Source: Actinomycetota bacterium (GTDB lineage Bacteria > Actinomycetota > Thermoleophilia > Gaiellales > Gaiellaceae). From it: DNA of 64,000 nucleotides. The stretch's first letter is position 1. Every line of letters begins with the position of its first letter. This document shows positions 35,263 through 45,800 of the stretch, piece after piece. The notes below the pieces were generated by a model. That model saw only the letters and a list, made by a program, of their open reading frames with translations, ran no database searches and had not been told where the DNA came from. The DNA is taken from assembly GCA_046734795.1 (NCBI GenBank), contig JBKPRX010000011.1, positions 536-64,535 on the forward strand, written 5' to 3'. Position numbers and translations under genes: made by a program.

Positions 35263-36744
35263 TCAGGCGAGCTCGCGGGCGCGAGCGAGAAGGGCCGCCT
35301 CCGCGGTGGACTCGTGCTCCCTTGCCGACTCGCTCCAGCTCGCGTGCGCGGCCAGAGTCGCGCGAAGCCCGTCGAGCATCTCGTCCAACGCGGCCTCCGA
35401 CGACGAGCCCGCCTGCCGGCGGGCGGCGACGCAGGCCGCGGGATCGAGGGCGTCCTGAAGCGTCGCTTCGTCGATCTCGACGGGGCGACCGATCGTGGTC
35501 TCGGCTGCAGCAGCAAGGCGCTCGGGCGTCAGTTGGGACGGGGGCTCGCCCGCGTCGACGAGATCGCGGACCGCGCGCCCGACGATCTTGTGCGCAGTGC
35601 GGTAGTCGATGCCTCCGCTCAGCGCAAGGACGTCGGCAACGTCGGCGGCGGTGACGAAGCTCTCTCGTGCGATCTGGGCGAAGCGCTCGGCTCGAAGCTC
35701 GAGGCCCTCGAGCACCGATGCGGTCAACCGCGCGATCGCGATCGCCTCGTCGAGCGCGCGCGGAACGGTCCCGTTGAGCAGATGGAAGTGATCCGTTCGC
35801 GCCGACCCGGTATGCAGAGTCGCGAGCGCGCTCGCGACGTCGCCGGCGGCCTGACCCGCCTGTGTGCGGATCGCGGCGAGCGCGTAGGGATTCTTCTTCT
35901 GCGGCATCAGCGCGCTCGCGCGGCTGTGGGCGTCTGCGAGCTCGACGAGACCGAACTCCTGGCTTGCGTAGATCTCGAAGTCCTGGCCGAGTTGGCTCTG
36001 GTGCGTCGCGGCGATCGCGAGAGCGGCGAGGAGCTCGAGGTAGACGTCCGCCTGCCACGCGGCGTCCTTCGCATGCTCGACGATGCCGTCACAGCCGAGC
36101 AGCTCGGCGAGTCGCGCGCGATCGAGCGACCAGCGCGAGCCGGCGCTTCCACCGGCGCCGGCGACGCTCGAGCTGAGAATCGCGTGCGAGGCGCGCGCGC
36201 GGTCGGAATCGCGAAGCGCCGGGTACGCGTATGCCAAGAGCAGGTGGCCGATAGTCGTCGGTTGCGCCGGCTGGAGGTAGGTGTAGTCGATCGCGAGCGC
36301 CGTCCGCGTTGCGGTTGCGTGCCGAACGAGCGCCGCAGCTTGGTCGACGAACGCGTCGTGCAGCTGCAAGACGCCCGCACGAGCCGTCAAGCGAAGAGCG
36401 ACGCGAAACGCCTCGCGTCGTGGGCGGCCTGCGCTCAGCCAGCCGGCGGCCGCACGCCCCACGCGCCGCTCGAGCTCGGCTTCGCGTGCGTTGAAGGCGT
36501 CGCCAAGCGACGGATCCCACGGAAACTCGTCGGCCGGGATCGCGTGCAGCTCCAGCAGGCCCCGAAGGAGCGACTTGGCGTCCTCGCCTGCGAGGTCGCC
36601 GCCCTCGACGAGCGCTACCGCGTGCGCGAGATCCGCGAGCGACAACCCGCGAGCGAGCCGTGGGCCGTGCGCGCTCTCGGCCGAATAGGCCGCCGCCACG
36701 AGCTCACCCGCAGCGCCACCGCGAAGCCGCCCGCCCCGCCCCAG
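35263..36744 (-). CDS. argininosuccinate lyase family (fumarate-lyase superfamily) protein; start likely non-canonical
   Basis: Has a superfamily signature-like loop SRASALMPQKKNPYA. An N-terminal LGRGGRL (compare LWGGRF of ArgH) lies upstream of the first canonical start, GTG 36699. No other arg genes are nearby, so the substrate is uncertain. Confidence 0.8.
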   Translation of the reverse strand: MGRGGRLRGGAAGELVAAAYSAESAHGPRLARGLSLADLAHAVALVEGGDLAGEDAKSLLRGLLELHAIPADEFPWDPSLGDAFNAREAELERRVGRAAAGWLSAGRPRREAFRVALRLTARAGVLQLHDAFVDQAAALVRHATATRTALAIDYTYLQPAQPTTIGHLLLAYAYPALRDSDRARASHAILSSSVAGAGGSAGSRWSLDRARLAELLGCDGIVEHAKDAAWQADVYLELLAALAIAATHQSQLGQDFEIYASQEFGLVELADAHSRASALMPQKKNPYALAAIRTQAGQAAGDVASALATLHTGSARTDHFHLLNGTVPRALDEAIAIARLTASVLEGLELRAERFAQIARESFVTAADVADVLALSGGIDYRTAHKIVGRAVRDLVDAGEPPSQLTPERLAAAAETTIGRPVEIDEATLQDALDPAACVAARRQAGSSSEAALDEMLDGLRATLAAHASWSESAREHESTAEAALLARARELA

Positions 36745-36820
36745 CTCCTCAGTCTCCGTCAGGACGAAGACACTAGAGGATCGTCGCGACAGCCTCGATT
36801 TGAGCTCGGGCGTTCACGTC

Positions 36821-37046
36821 CGGTGTCAGACACCGCCCTGCGTCAAGGCCGCCGTGTGACGTTTCTGGACCTTTCCTCGACTGCGGTCCACGGGCCTCGC
36901 CAGGTCCCTACGCGGTCTGTTCGTTGCACGTGGCACTCGTTGTGGACGAATCGTCACACAGCTGACACACCGTCCGGCTTGACGACGCGCTGTGTCTGAC
37001 ACCGGTTCTCGGCGCGCGGCGACGTAGCTTCAATATCTGAAGCTAC
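36821..37046. promoter_or_regulatory. divergent control region with palindromes (CGGTGTC-A-GACACCG; GTGTC-T-GACAC; GTAGCTTCA-N5-TGAAGCTAC)
   Basis: The palindromes were read directly at 36821-36835, 36992-37002 and 37024-37046. The last sits in an AT-richer patch just upstream of the lon start. Confidence 0.4.
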
Positions 37047-37055
37047 TATGCTCCT

Positions 37056-39383
37056 ATGACGAATAGGAGCGTGAAAGCCGTGCAGAAGTACCTGCTCATC
37101 CCACTGGAAGACACGGTTGTCTTCCCGAACATGACGGTCACGCTGCCGCTCGATCCGGGCGGCGATGCGACCGTCCTCCTCGTGCCGCGCCACGAGAGCG
37201 TCTACGCGAAGGTCGGAACGGTGGCCGAGATCGTCGAGACCGGCCGGCTTCCCGGCGGCGCGCCGCTCGTCACCGTCAGCGGGCTCCACAGGGCGTCGCT
37301 CCATGCGGCCGAAAGCGGCCCGGACGGCCGGCTCTACGTCGAGGTCGACGAGCAACCCGACGAGACGCCGCCGCCCGTCCAGACCCGCGAGCTCGAGACC
37401 GAGTACCGCGCGGTCGTGGACGAAATCCTCGACCTTCGCGAGGCCGACCCCCGCATCCGCGAGTTCCTGCGATCTGTCGTCGAGCCCGGCGCGCTTGCCG
37501 ATACGTGCGCGTACTCGCCCGACCTGACATTCGCGCAGCGAGTCGAGCTGCTCGAGACGCTCGACGTCGTCGAACGGCTCCGGCTTGCGATCGCGTTCCA
37601 GCGCGAGCGGCTCGCCGAGCTGCAGGTACGGCGGCGCATCCGCGACGACGTGGAGTCGGGCGCGCAGGCACAGCAGCGCGAGTACTTCCTCCGCAAGCAG
37701 CTCGATTCGATCCGCAAGGAACTCGGCGAGGACGACGGCTCGGTCGTCGACGAATACCGAAAGAAGATCGACGAGGCGGGCATGCCCGACGAGGTCCGCG
37801 AGCAGGCGGAGCGCGAGCTCGGCCGGCTCGAGCGGACGGGCGACGCGTCGGGCGAGGCGTCGATGATCCGCAGCTACCTCGACTGGCTCCTCGCGGTGCC
37901 GTGGGCAAAGACCTCCGAAGAGCGGCTCGACCCGAAGCTCGCGCGCGAGATCCTCGACGCAGACCACGCAGGACTCGACGACGTCAAGGAGCGCATCGTC
38001 GAGTACCTCGCCGTGCGCAAGCTTCGCGAAGAGCGCGGCATCGCCGAGGACAAGCGGTCCGGCGCGATCCTCACGCTGATCGGCCCGCCCGGAACCGGCA
38101 AGACCTCCATCGGCGAGTCGATCGCGCGGGCACTCAATCGCGAGTTCGTGCGCATGTCGCTCGGCGGCGTGCGCGACGAAGCAGAGATTCGCGGGCATCG
38201 ACGTACCTACATCGGCGCGTTGCCGGGACGCCTCGTGCGCGCGCTGCGCGACGCCGGAACGATGAACCCCGTGATCATGCTGGACGAGGTCGACAAGGTC
38301 GGCGCCGATTGGCGCGGCGACCCGTCGGCCGCGCTCCTCGAGGTGCTCGACCCGGCGCAGAACCACTCGTTCCGCGACCACTACCTCGACGTGGAGCTCG
38401 ATCTCTCGCAGGTCGTCTTCATCGCGACGGCGAACGTCGCCGAGACGATTCCGGGACCGCTCCTCGATCGCATGGAAGTGATCCGCTTCGACGGCTACAC
38501 GGTCGACGAGAAGGTCGCTATCGCACGCGGCTACCTCTGGCCGCGGCAGCAGGAGAGAAACGGGCTGCGCGCAGACGAAGTCGAGATCTCCGACGAGCTG
38601 CTCGCGACGATCGTCGCCGAGTACACGCGCGAGGCCGGTGTCCGTCAGCTCGAGCGTGAGCTCGGGAAGCTGTTGCGCAAGACCGCGACGCGGGTCGCCG
38701 CGCGCGACGCCGCGCCTCCGATCGCGATCGACGTCGCGCAGGTGCGCGACGGATTGGGACGCCAGCGGTTCTGGCAGGAAGCTGCAGAGCGAACCGCCGT
38801 ACCGGGTGTCGCGACGGGCCTCGCGGTGACCGGGACCGGCGGCGACGTGCTCTTCGTCGAAGCGACGCGCATGGACGGCGACGGCCGGCTCGTCTTGACC
38901 GGCCAGCTCGGTGACGTCATGAAGGAGTCGGCGCAGATCGCGCTCTCGTGGGTGCGCGCCCACGGCGACGAGCTCGACATTCCGGCCGAGGACGTGCAAG
39001 GACAGTCGTTCCACGTGCACGTGCCGGCGGGCGCGATCCCGAAGGACGGCCCGAGCGCAGGCGTCACGATGACGACGGCACTTGCGTCGCTTCTAACACG
39101 GCGACCGGTGAAGCACACGGTCGGCATGACCGGCGAGGTGACGCTGCAAGGCCGCGTCCTTCCGATCGGCGGTCTGAAGCAAAAGGTCCTCGCAGCCCAT
39201 GCCGCGGGTCTGACGGAGGTGATCATCCCGGAGCGGAACCGTGCCGACCTCGAGGACGTACCCGAGGACGTGCGCGAAGCAATGAAGTTCCATCCGGTGA
39301 TGACCGTCGACGAGGTGCTCGCGCTCTCGCTCGAGCCGGCTGCCGATCATCCGCGCATCCATGGCGGCGCGGTGGCGGCATGA
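37056..39383 (+). CDS. lon: ATP-dependent Lon protease (endopeptidase La)
   Basis: Has a LON N-domain (LLIPLEDTVVFPNM), Walker A GPPGTGKTS, Walker B VIMLDEVDK and the protease motif PKDGPSAGVTMTTAL. The start could instead be GTG 37080, 10 nt after TAGGAG. Confidence 0.95.
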   Translation: MTNRSVKAVQKYLLIPLEDTVVFPNMTVTLPLDPGGDATVLLVPRHESVYAKVGTVAEIVETGRLPGGAPLVTVSGLHRASLHAAESGPDGRLYVEVDEQPDETPPPVQTRELETEYRAVVDEILDLREADPRIREFLRSVVEPGALADTCAYSPDLTFAQRVELLETLDVVERLRLAIAFQRERLAELQVRRRIRDDVESGAQAQQREYFLRKQLDSIRKELGEDDGSVVDEYRKKIDEAGMPDEVREQAERELGRLERTGDASGEASMIRSYLDWLLAVPWAKTSEERLDPKLAREILDADHAGLDDVKERIVEYLAVRKLREERGIAEDKRSGAILTLIGPPGTGKTSIGESIARALNREFVRMSLGGVRDEAEIRGHRRTYIGALPGRLVRALRDAGTMNPVIMLDEVDKVGADWRGDPSAALLEVLDPAQNHSFRDHYLDVELDLSQVVFIATANVAETIPGPLLDRMEVIRFDGYTVDEKVAIARGYLWPRQQERNGLRADEVEISDELLATIVAEYTREAGVRQLERELGKLLRKTATRVAARDAAPPIAIDVAQVRDGLGRQRFWQEAAERTAVPGVATGLAVTGTGGDVLFVEATRMDGDGRLVLTGQLGDVMKESAQIALSWVRAHGDELDIPAEDVQGQSFHVHVPAGAIPKDGPSAGVTMTTALASLLTRRPVKHTVGMTGEVTLQGRVLPIGGLKQKVLAAHAAGLTEVIIPERNRADLEDVPEDVREAMKFHPVMTVDEVLALSLEPAADHPRIHGGAVAA

Positions 39384-39416
39384 CGCTGGAGCGGTGGCCG
39401 GCCGCGGTGGTGGGGC

Positions 39417-39731
39417 ATGCGTTGCAGGCGGTGTAGCCCGGTTCCCGAGGAGGTCCGCCGCGCGGCGGGCCTCCTCGAACGGCGTTGGACGCTCTCGATC
39501 CTCTACGCGTCGATCGAAGGTGCCGAGCGCTTCAACGAGTTTCGTGACGCGCTCGGCACCGTTCCGCCCGCGACGTTGACGGTGCGCCTCACCGAGCTCG
39601 TCGATGCAGGCCTTCTCGAGCGGCGCGTACTCGATACACGTCCGCCTGCCGTCGAGTACCGACTGACGTCCGACGGCAAGCGCTTCGAGCCTCTGCTGCG
39701 CGAGCTCGTTCGCTGCGCGCGCGTAACCTGA
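39417..39731 (+). CDS. HxlR-family transcriptional regulator
   Basis: LLERRWTLSILYASIEGAERFNEFRDALGTVPPATLTVRLTELVDAGLLERR is a typical HxlR winged helix. Confidence 0.85.
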   Translation: MRCRRCSPVPEEVRRAAGLLERRWTLSILYASIEGAERFNEFRDALGTVPPATLTVRLTELVDAGLLERRVLDTRPPAVEYRLTSDGKRFEPLLRELVRCARVT

Positions 39732-39737
39732 GCCGCG

Positions 39738-41567
39738 ATGGGCATGTTCTTCCATTCCTCGCAGGCACCGCCGGAACGGCCGGCCGATCCGCTCGTGCGC
39801 CGCGCGAACCTGCAACGGATCGGCGGGCTCTTCAGGCCGTACGAGCTGAGGCTCACGGGCCTGCTCTCGCTGATCGTCGTCTCGGCCGCAATCGGCGTCG
39901 TGCCCGCGTTCTTGTTGAAGCGCGTACTCGAGGCGATCGGCGAGAACGACACGAGGGCGCTGTCGTTCGCAGCCGCAGGGATGATCGTGATCGCGGTCGT
40001 GAGCGGAGTGCTCGGCGTGATCCAGACGTTGCTCTCGAACCAGGTCGGGCAGCGGGTCATGCACGACCTCCGCACGTCGGTGTACCGGCACTTGCAGCGT
40101 CTCTCGCTCGCGTTCTTCACGCGCACGCGCACGGGCGAAGTGCAGTCGCGCATCGCGAACGACATCGGCGGCGTGCAGAACGTCGTCACGAACACGGCCA
40201 CCTCGATCGCATCGAACGTGACGACAGTCGTCGCGACGATGGTCGGCATGCTGCTCTTGAGCTGGCAGCTCGCGCTCTTTGCGTTTGCGCTGATTCCGGC
40301 CTTCGCGTTTCTGACGCGGCGCGTCGGCCAAGAGCGGCGCCGCATCGCGAAGACGACGCAGGAGACGCTCGCCGACATCTCGAGCCTCGTGCAGGAGTCG
40401 CTCTCGGTCTCGGGGATCCTGCTCGGCAAGACGATGGGGCGCGGGAATGAGCTCGCCGATCGTTTCGAAGTCGACTCGCGCCGGCTCGCCGATCTCGAGG
40501 TGCGCCAACGGATGGCCGGCCGCTGGGTGATGGCTTCGATTCAGACGAGCTTCGCGATCATGCCGGCAGCCGTGTACTGGTTCGGCGGCCTCGCGCTCGC
40601 GAACGGGTCGCAGGCGATCTCGATCGCGACGCTCGTGGCGTTCACGACCTTGCAGACGCGTTTGTTCTTCCCCGTCGGCTCGTTGCTCGGAGTGAGCCTC
40701 GACGTACAGACATCGCTTGCCCTCTTCGACCGCATCTTCGAGTACCTCGACCAGCGCGTCGACATCGTCGAGAAGGCCGACGCGACGGAGGTCGGGACGG
40801 CTGGAGACGTCGGCTTTGACGGCGTCTGGTTCCGCTACGGCGACGACTGGACGCTGCAGGACATCACGTTCAACGTTCCCGCCGGTACGACGACTGCGCT
40901 CGTCGGCGAGACCGGGTCCGGCAAGACGACGCTCGGTTATCTCACCGCGCGGCTCTACGACGTGAGTCGCGGACGCATCACCATCGACGGCGTCGACATC
41001 CGTGATCTGAGCTTCAAGGCGTTGACGGATCTCGTCGGCGTCGTGTCACAGGAGACGTATCTCTTCCACGCTTCGGTGCGCGAGAACCTCCGCTTCGCGA
41101 AGCCGGATGCGACCGATGCGGAGATCGAGCGCGCCGCCGAAGCGGCTCGCATCCATCATGTGATCGCTGCGCTGCCGGAGGGGTACGACACGATCGTCGG
41201 CGAGCGTGGCTACCGCTTCTCCGGCGGCGAGAAGCAGCGGATGGCGATCGCGCGCACGATCTTGCGCAACCCGCCGATCCTCGTCCTCGACGAGGCGACG
41301 AGCTCGCTCGACACCGAGACGGAGCGGCTCGTGCAGGAGGCGCTCGATCGTCTCGCCGAAGGCCGGACGACGATCGCGATCGCGCACCGACTCTCGACCG
41401 TGCGCGACGCAGACCAGATCGTCGTCCTCGACCATGGTCGCATCGTCGAGACGGGCCGGCACGAGGAGCTCGTTCGCGTGGGTGGACGCTACGCAGCCCT
41501 GATCGCGAGCGACGCAGAGGTCGCGAGCGCGCCGGCCCAGCTCTCGGCGCTGGCGCCGGCAAGCTAG
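39738..41567 (+). CDS. ABC transporter, fused permease/ATP-binding (exporter type)
   Basis: A six-TM ABC_membrane domain is followed by Walker A GETGSGKTT, signature FSGGEKQR and Walker B ILVLDEATS. Confidence 0.9.
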   Translation: MGMFFHSSQAPPERPADPLVRRANLQRIGGLFRPYELRLTGLLSLIVVSAAIGVVPAFLLKRVLEAIGENDTRALSFAAAGMIVIAVVSGVLGVIQTLLSNQVGQRVMHDLRTSVYRHLQRLSLAFFTRTRTGEVQSRIANDIGGVQNVVTNTATSIASNVTTVVATMVGMLLLSWQLALFAFALIPAFAFLTRRVGQERRRIAKTTQETLADISSLVQESLSVSGILLGKTMGRGNELADRFEVDSRRLADLEVRQRMAGRWVMASIQTSFAIMPAAVYWFGGLALANGSQAISIATLVAFTTLQTRLFFPVGSLLGVSLDVQTSLALFDRIFEYLDQRVDIVEKADATEVGTAGDVGFDGVWFRYGDDWTLQDITFNVPAGTTTALVGETGSGKTTLGYLTARLYDVSRGRITIDGVDIRDLSFKALTDLVGVVSQETYLFHASVRENLRFAKPDATDAEIERAAEAARIHHVIAALPEGYDTIVGERGYRFSGGEKQRMAIARTILRNPPILVLDEATSSLDTETERLVQEALDRLAEGRTTIAIAHRLSTVRDADQIVVLDHGRIVETGRHEELVRVGGRYAALIASDAEVASAPAQLSALAPAS

Positions 41568-41571
41568 CGCG

Positions 41572-41937
41572 TCAGCTCGGCGGCCACGGTCCGAGCGGCA
41601 CGCCGATCTCCGCCTCGTGGCCGAACGGATCGACGATCCGGCCGACGCGCCAACCGTGCTCGTCGCGTGCAGGCGACAGCTCGATCGCGCCTGCCGTGAC
41701 CGCCTGCCGGAGGACAGCGTCAGGGTCGTCGACCACAAGCAGCGTCCAACCCGTGGCTCCGTCGATCGAGCGCGGGCTAAGCCGTCTCATCATCGCGGAT
41801 GCCGAGGTCACCCAGAACGCTGCGTCACCGACCGCGACCTGCGCGACGATGTCGTCGCCTTCGCCGATCCGATGGAGCACGCTTGCGCCGAACGCGCTCC
41901 CGTCAACGCAACCGCCTCGCTCGGCGTATCGACCCAC
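41572..41937 (-). CDS. VOC (glyoxalase/bleomycin-resistance) family protein, N-terminus possibly frameshifted
   Basis: AFGASVLHRIGEGDDIVAQVAVGDAAFWV...DEHGWRVGRIVDPFGHEAEIG matches the PhnB/VOC pattern. The N-terminal beta-strand appears to lie in another frame (see findings). Confidence 0.7.
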   Translation of the reverse strand: MGRYAERGGCVDGSAFGASVLHRIGEGDDIVAQVAVGDAAFWVTSASAMMRRLSPRSIDGATGWTLLVVDDPDAVLRQAVTAGAIELSPARDEHGWRVGRIVDPFGHEAEIGVPLGPWPPS

Positions 41938-42028
41938 GGCTCCGGCTGCACGCTCGTCATCGCGCGAACGCTAGACGGCCGTCGTGCGCCGGAGCGGCGG
42001 CCCGCGTTTCGTGCTAAGGATCAGGCGC

Positions 42029-43180
<1,152 letters not shown>

Positions 43181-43183
43181 CCT

Positions 43184-43960
43184 TCAGGCAACGTAGCCGC
43201 CGTCGACTCTGACAAGCGCGCCGGTCGTGAAGCTCGACGCGTCGCTTGCGAAATAGAGCGCGGCGCCGACGATCTCGTCTGGCTGCCCGCCGCGCTGGAG
43301 CGCGAAGCGTTCGGCACGCGCCTCGAAGGCGCCCATGTCCCACGCTTTGGAGATGTCGGTCAGGAATGGCCCAGCGACGATGCAGTTCACACGCACCGAC
43401 GACCACGCGTGCGCGAACGCCTGCGTGATCGCATTCAGTCCCGCCTTCGCGGCCGCGTACGGGATCACGTCCGGACGTGGATAGATGGACGCAGCGCTCG
43501 AGATGTTGACGATCGAGCCGCCGCCGCCCTCAGCCATTCGCGACCCGATAAGCGCAGTCAGTCGAAACGGGCCTTTGAGGTTGACTGCGATCACCTTGTC
43601 CCAAAGGTCCTCGCTGACCGCGGCCGGCTCCGGATAGAGGGGCGACATTCCCGCGTTGTTCACCAGCACGTCGACGCGACCAAACGCGTGGTACGCGGCG
43701 TCCGTGAGCTGCTCGAGCTCGCCCCACCGGCCGACGTGACAGGCCACGGGAAACGCGCGGCGACCGGTTGCCGCAGCGACTTCGTCCGCAACCGCTCGGC
43801 ATTCGTCGAGCTTGCGGCTCGCGATCACGACGTCGGCGCCGGCTGCAGCGAAGCCGAACGCCATCGCGCGTCCGAGCCCCCGGCTCCCACCGGTGACGAG
43901 CGCGACACGGCCCGCGAGGTCGAACCGCTCCGCAGGCGTCGCCGTCTCGGAGTGGGTCAT
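43184..43960 (-). CDS. SDR-family oxidoreductase (FabG-like)
   Basis: Has ALVTGGSRGLGRA and NNAG motifs plus an SSAASIY...YAAAKAG catalytic pattern. Confidence 0.9.
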   Translation of the reverse strand: MTHSETATPAERFDLAGRVALVTGGSRGLGRAMAFGFAAAGADVVIASRKLDECRAVADEVAAATGRRAFPVACHVGRWGELEQLTDAAYHAFGRVDVLVNNAGMSPLYPEPAAVSEDLWDKVIAVNLKGPFRLTALIGSRMAEGGGGSIVNISSAASIYPRPDVIPYAAAKAGLNAITQAFAHAWSSVRVNCIVAGPFLTDISKAWDMGAFEARAERFALQRGGQPDEIVGAALYFASDASSFTTGALVRVDGGYVA

Positions 43961-45663
43961 TCGGCGGCCGCGGCGCCGGTCAGCACGACCTCGTCACGGA
44001 GCTCGCGCTTGAGCACCTTGCCGGTCGCTGTACGCGGAAGCGGCTCGCCGCGGAAGAAGATCGGTCCTGGAACCTTGAACCGTGCAATGCGCGCGGCGAC
44101 CCACTCGCGCAGCTCGTCGGCGTTCACTGAAGCACCCGGCTTGAGGTTGACGATCGCCGCTACCTCCTCGCCGACTTCCTCGTCCGGCAGTCCGACCACG
44201 GCCACGTCGTCGATCGCAGGGTGCTCGAACATGACGGCTTCGACCTCCGCGCAGTAGACGTTCTCGCCGCCGCGGATGACGACGTCCTTGAGGCGATCGA
44301 CGACGTAGACGAGCCCATCGTCGTCGACGTAGCCGAGATCGCCGGTGTGGAACCACTCGTCGGTGAAGCTTGCGGCGGTCTCCGCAGGCTTGTTCCAGTA
44401 GCCGCGGATGACGTTCGGGCCGCGGAACCACAGCTCGCCGACGCTGCCGGTCGGCGCGTCTTCTTCAGTGGTCGGGTCGACGACGCGCATGTCTGCGCCG
44501 ACAACGGGCCGGCCGACGCTGTCCGGGTTCTGCACGTACTGCTCGCCGGAGTTGATGACGACGGCGGAGGTCGTCTCCGTCAACCCGTAGCCGTTCGCGG
44601 GTGCGACCGCGGACGAGAAGTGGCTGTCGATTCGCCGGATCAGATCCGGCGGGACCGGCGCGCCTCCTGAGGCGAGGCCCGCGAGGCTCGACACGTCGTG
44701 CCGGGCGAGCTCGGGCGAGTGGAGCAGCTGGCGCATCGTCTTCGGGACGGCCGCGATCGAATTCACGCCCTCGCGTTCGACGAGTTCGAGCGCCTTTGCG
44801 ACGTCCCAGCGATACAGCAGCACGAGCTTCGAGCCCGTCAAGGCCGTGTACTGCATACCCGTCTGACCCGCGATGTGGAAGATGGGAAACGTCGTCATGT
44901 ACACGGGCTGATCCGGCGGCGGCTCCTCGCCGCTCATCGTCAGCGCGAGCGCGGCGTTGAGCGCAGTGTTCATGAGGTTCGTGACGTGGTTCCGGTGCGT
45001 GCCGACGGCGCCCTTCGGCGTGCCGGTCGTGCCCGACGTGTAGAGGATCGTCGCGTCGTCCTCGGGCGCGATCTCCACATCCGGTAGCGATGCGTCGCGG
45101 TCGAGCGCGGCGCGCACGTCCTCCCAGCGCTCGCCGCCGTCGGGCAGTCGGCCCTCGTGACGCACCGCGATGACGCCCCGGAGATCGAGCTCCGGAAGCA
45201 CGTCGCGAATGACGTCGATGCGTTCGCCGTCTGCGACGAGCAAGCGCGCGCCCGAATCCTCCAACGCGTAACGCATCTCGCGCGCCGTCCACCATGCATT
45301 GAGCGGTACCACGATGAGGCCGAGCGCGATCGATCCCCAGAAGACGAGCGGCCACTCGGGGTAGTTCCGCATCGCGACCGCGATCCGGTCGCCCTGCTCG
45401 AGGCCGTACTCGTCGCGCAGGCGAGCAGCGAGCCCGCCGGCGACCGCGAGGAGCTCTTGGTACGTGTAGCGCTCGTCCTCGTAGACGACCGCGTCGCGCT
45501 CCGCAAATGCAGCGCTCGCTTCGAGCACGACGCGCAGCGTCGGCGGCGCGTTGCGGAAGACGCGCATCGGCACGCCGCGCACGGTTTCCAAGACCACCTC
45601 GAAGTCCGCGCCCGCCGCGGTCAGCGCGCGGAGGGCTTCGTCGCGGGTCATCGTCGTCGGCAT
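43957..45663 (-). CDS. acyl-CoA synthetase / AMP-dependent ligase
   Basis: Has the AMP-binding signature ILYTSGTTGTPKG, plus TGDLGYVDDDGLVYVVDRLKDVV. It overlaps the downstream SDR gene by 4 nt. Confidence 0.9.
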   Translation of the reverse strand: MPTTMTRDEALRALTAAGADFEVVLETVRGVPMRVFRNAPPTLRVVLEASAAFAERDAVVYEDERYTYQELLAVAGGLAARLRDEYGLEQGDRIAVAMRNYPEWPLVFWGSIALGLIVVPLNAWWTAREMRYALEDSGARLLVADGERIDVIRDVLPELDLRGVIAVRHEGRLPDGGERWEDVRAALDRDASLPDVEIAPEDDATILYTSGTTGTPKGAVGTHRNHVTNLMNTALNAALALTMSGEEPPPDQPVYMTTFPIFHIAGQTGMQYTALTGSKLVLLYRWDVAKALELVEREGVNSIAAVPKTMRQLLHSPELARHDVSSLAGLASGGAPVPPDLIRRIDSHFSSAVAPANGYGLTETTSAVVINSGEQYVQNPDSVGRPVVGADMRVVDPTTEEDAPTGSVGELWFRGPNVIRGYWNKPAETAASFTDEWFHTGDLGYVDDDGLVYVVDRLKDVVIRGGENVYCAEVEAVMFEHPAIDDVAVVGLPDEEVGEEVAAIVNLKPGASVNADELREWVAARIARFKVPGPIFFRGEPLPRTATGKVLKRELRDEVVLTGAAAAE

Positions 45664-45800
45664 CTCGTTCCAGGGCTCGCGCTGGTCGGAAGGCGTCCTA
45701 TGTTATGGGCGTGACGCCGCCGTCACCGACCGAAACGGGCATCCGCACCGAGCTCGCGGACGGCATCGCGCCCGTTGGCGTCTCGCTTTACGATGCCCTC

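Noticed and set aside
37024-37046. Calling the lon-proximal palindrome a CIRCE or HAIR heat-shock operator
   Set aside because: The sequence GTAGCTTCA-N5-TGAAGCTAC matches neither consensus in half-site sequence or spacing. It is reported only as an unassigned palindrome.
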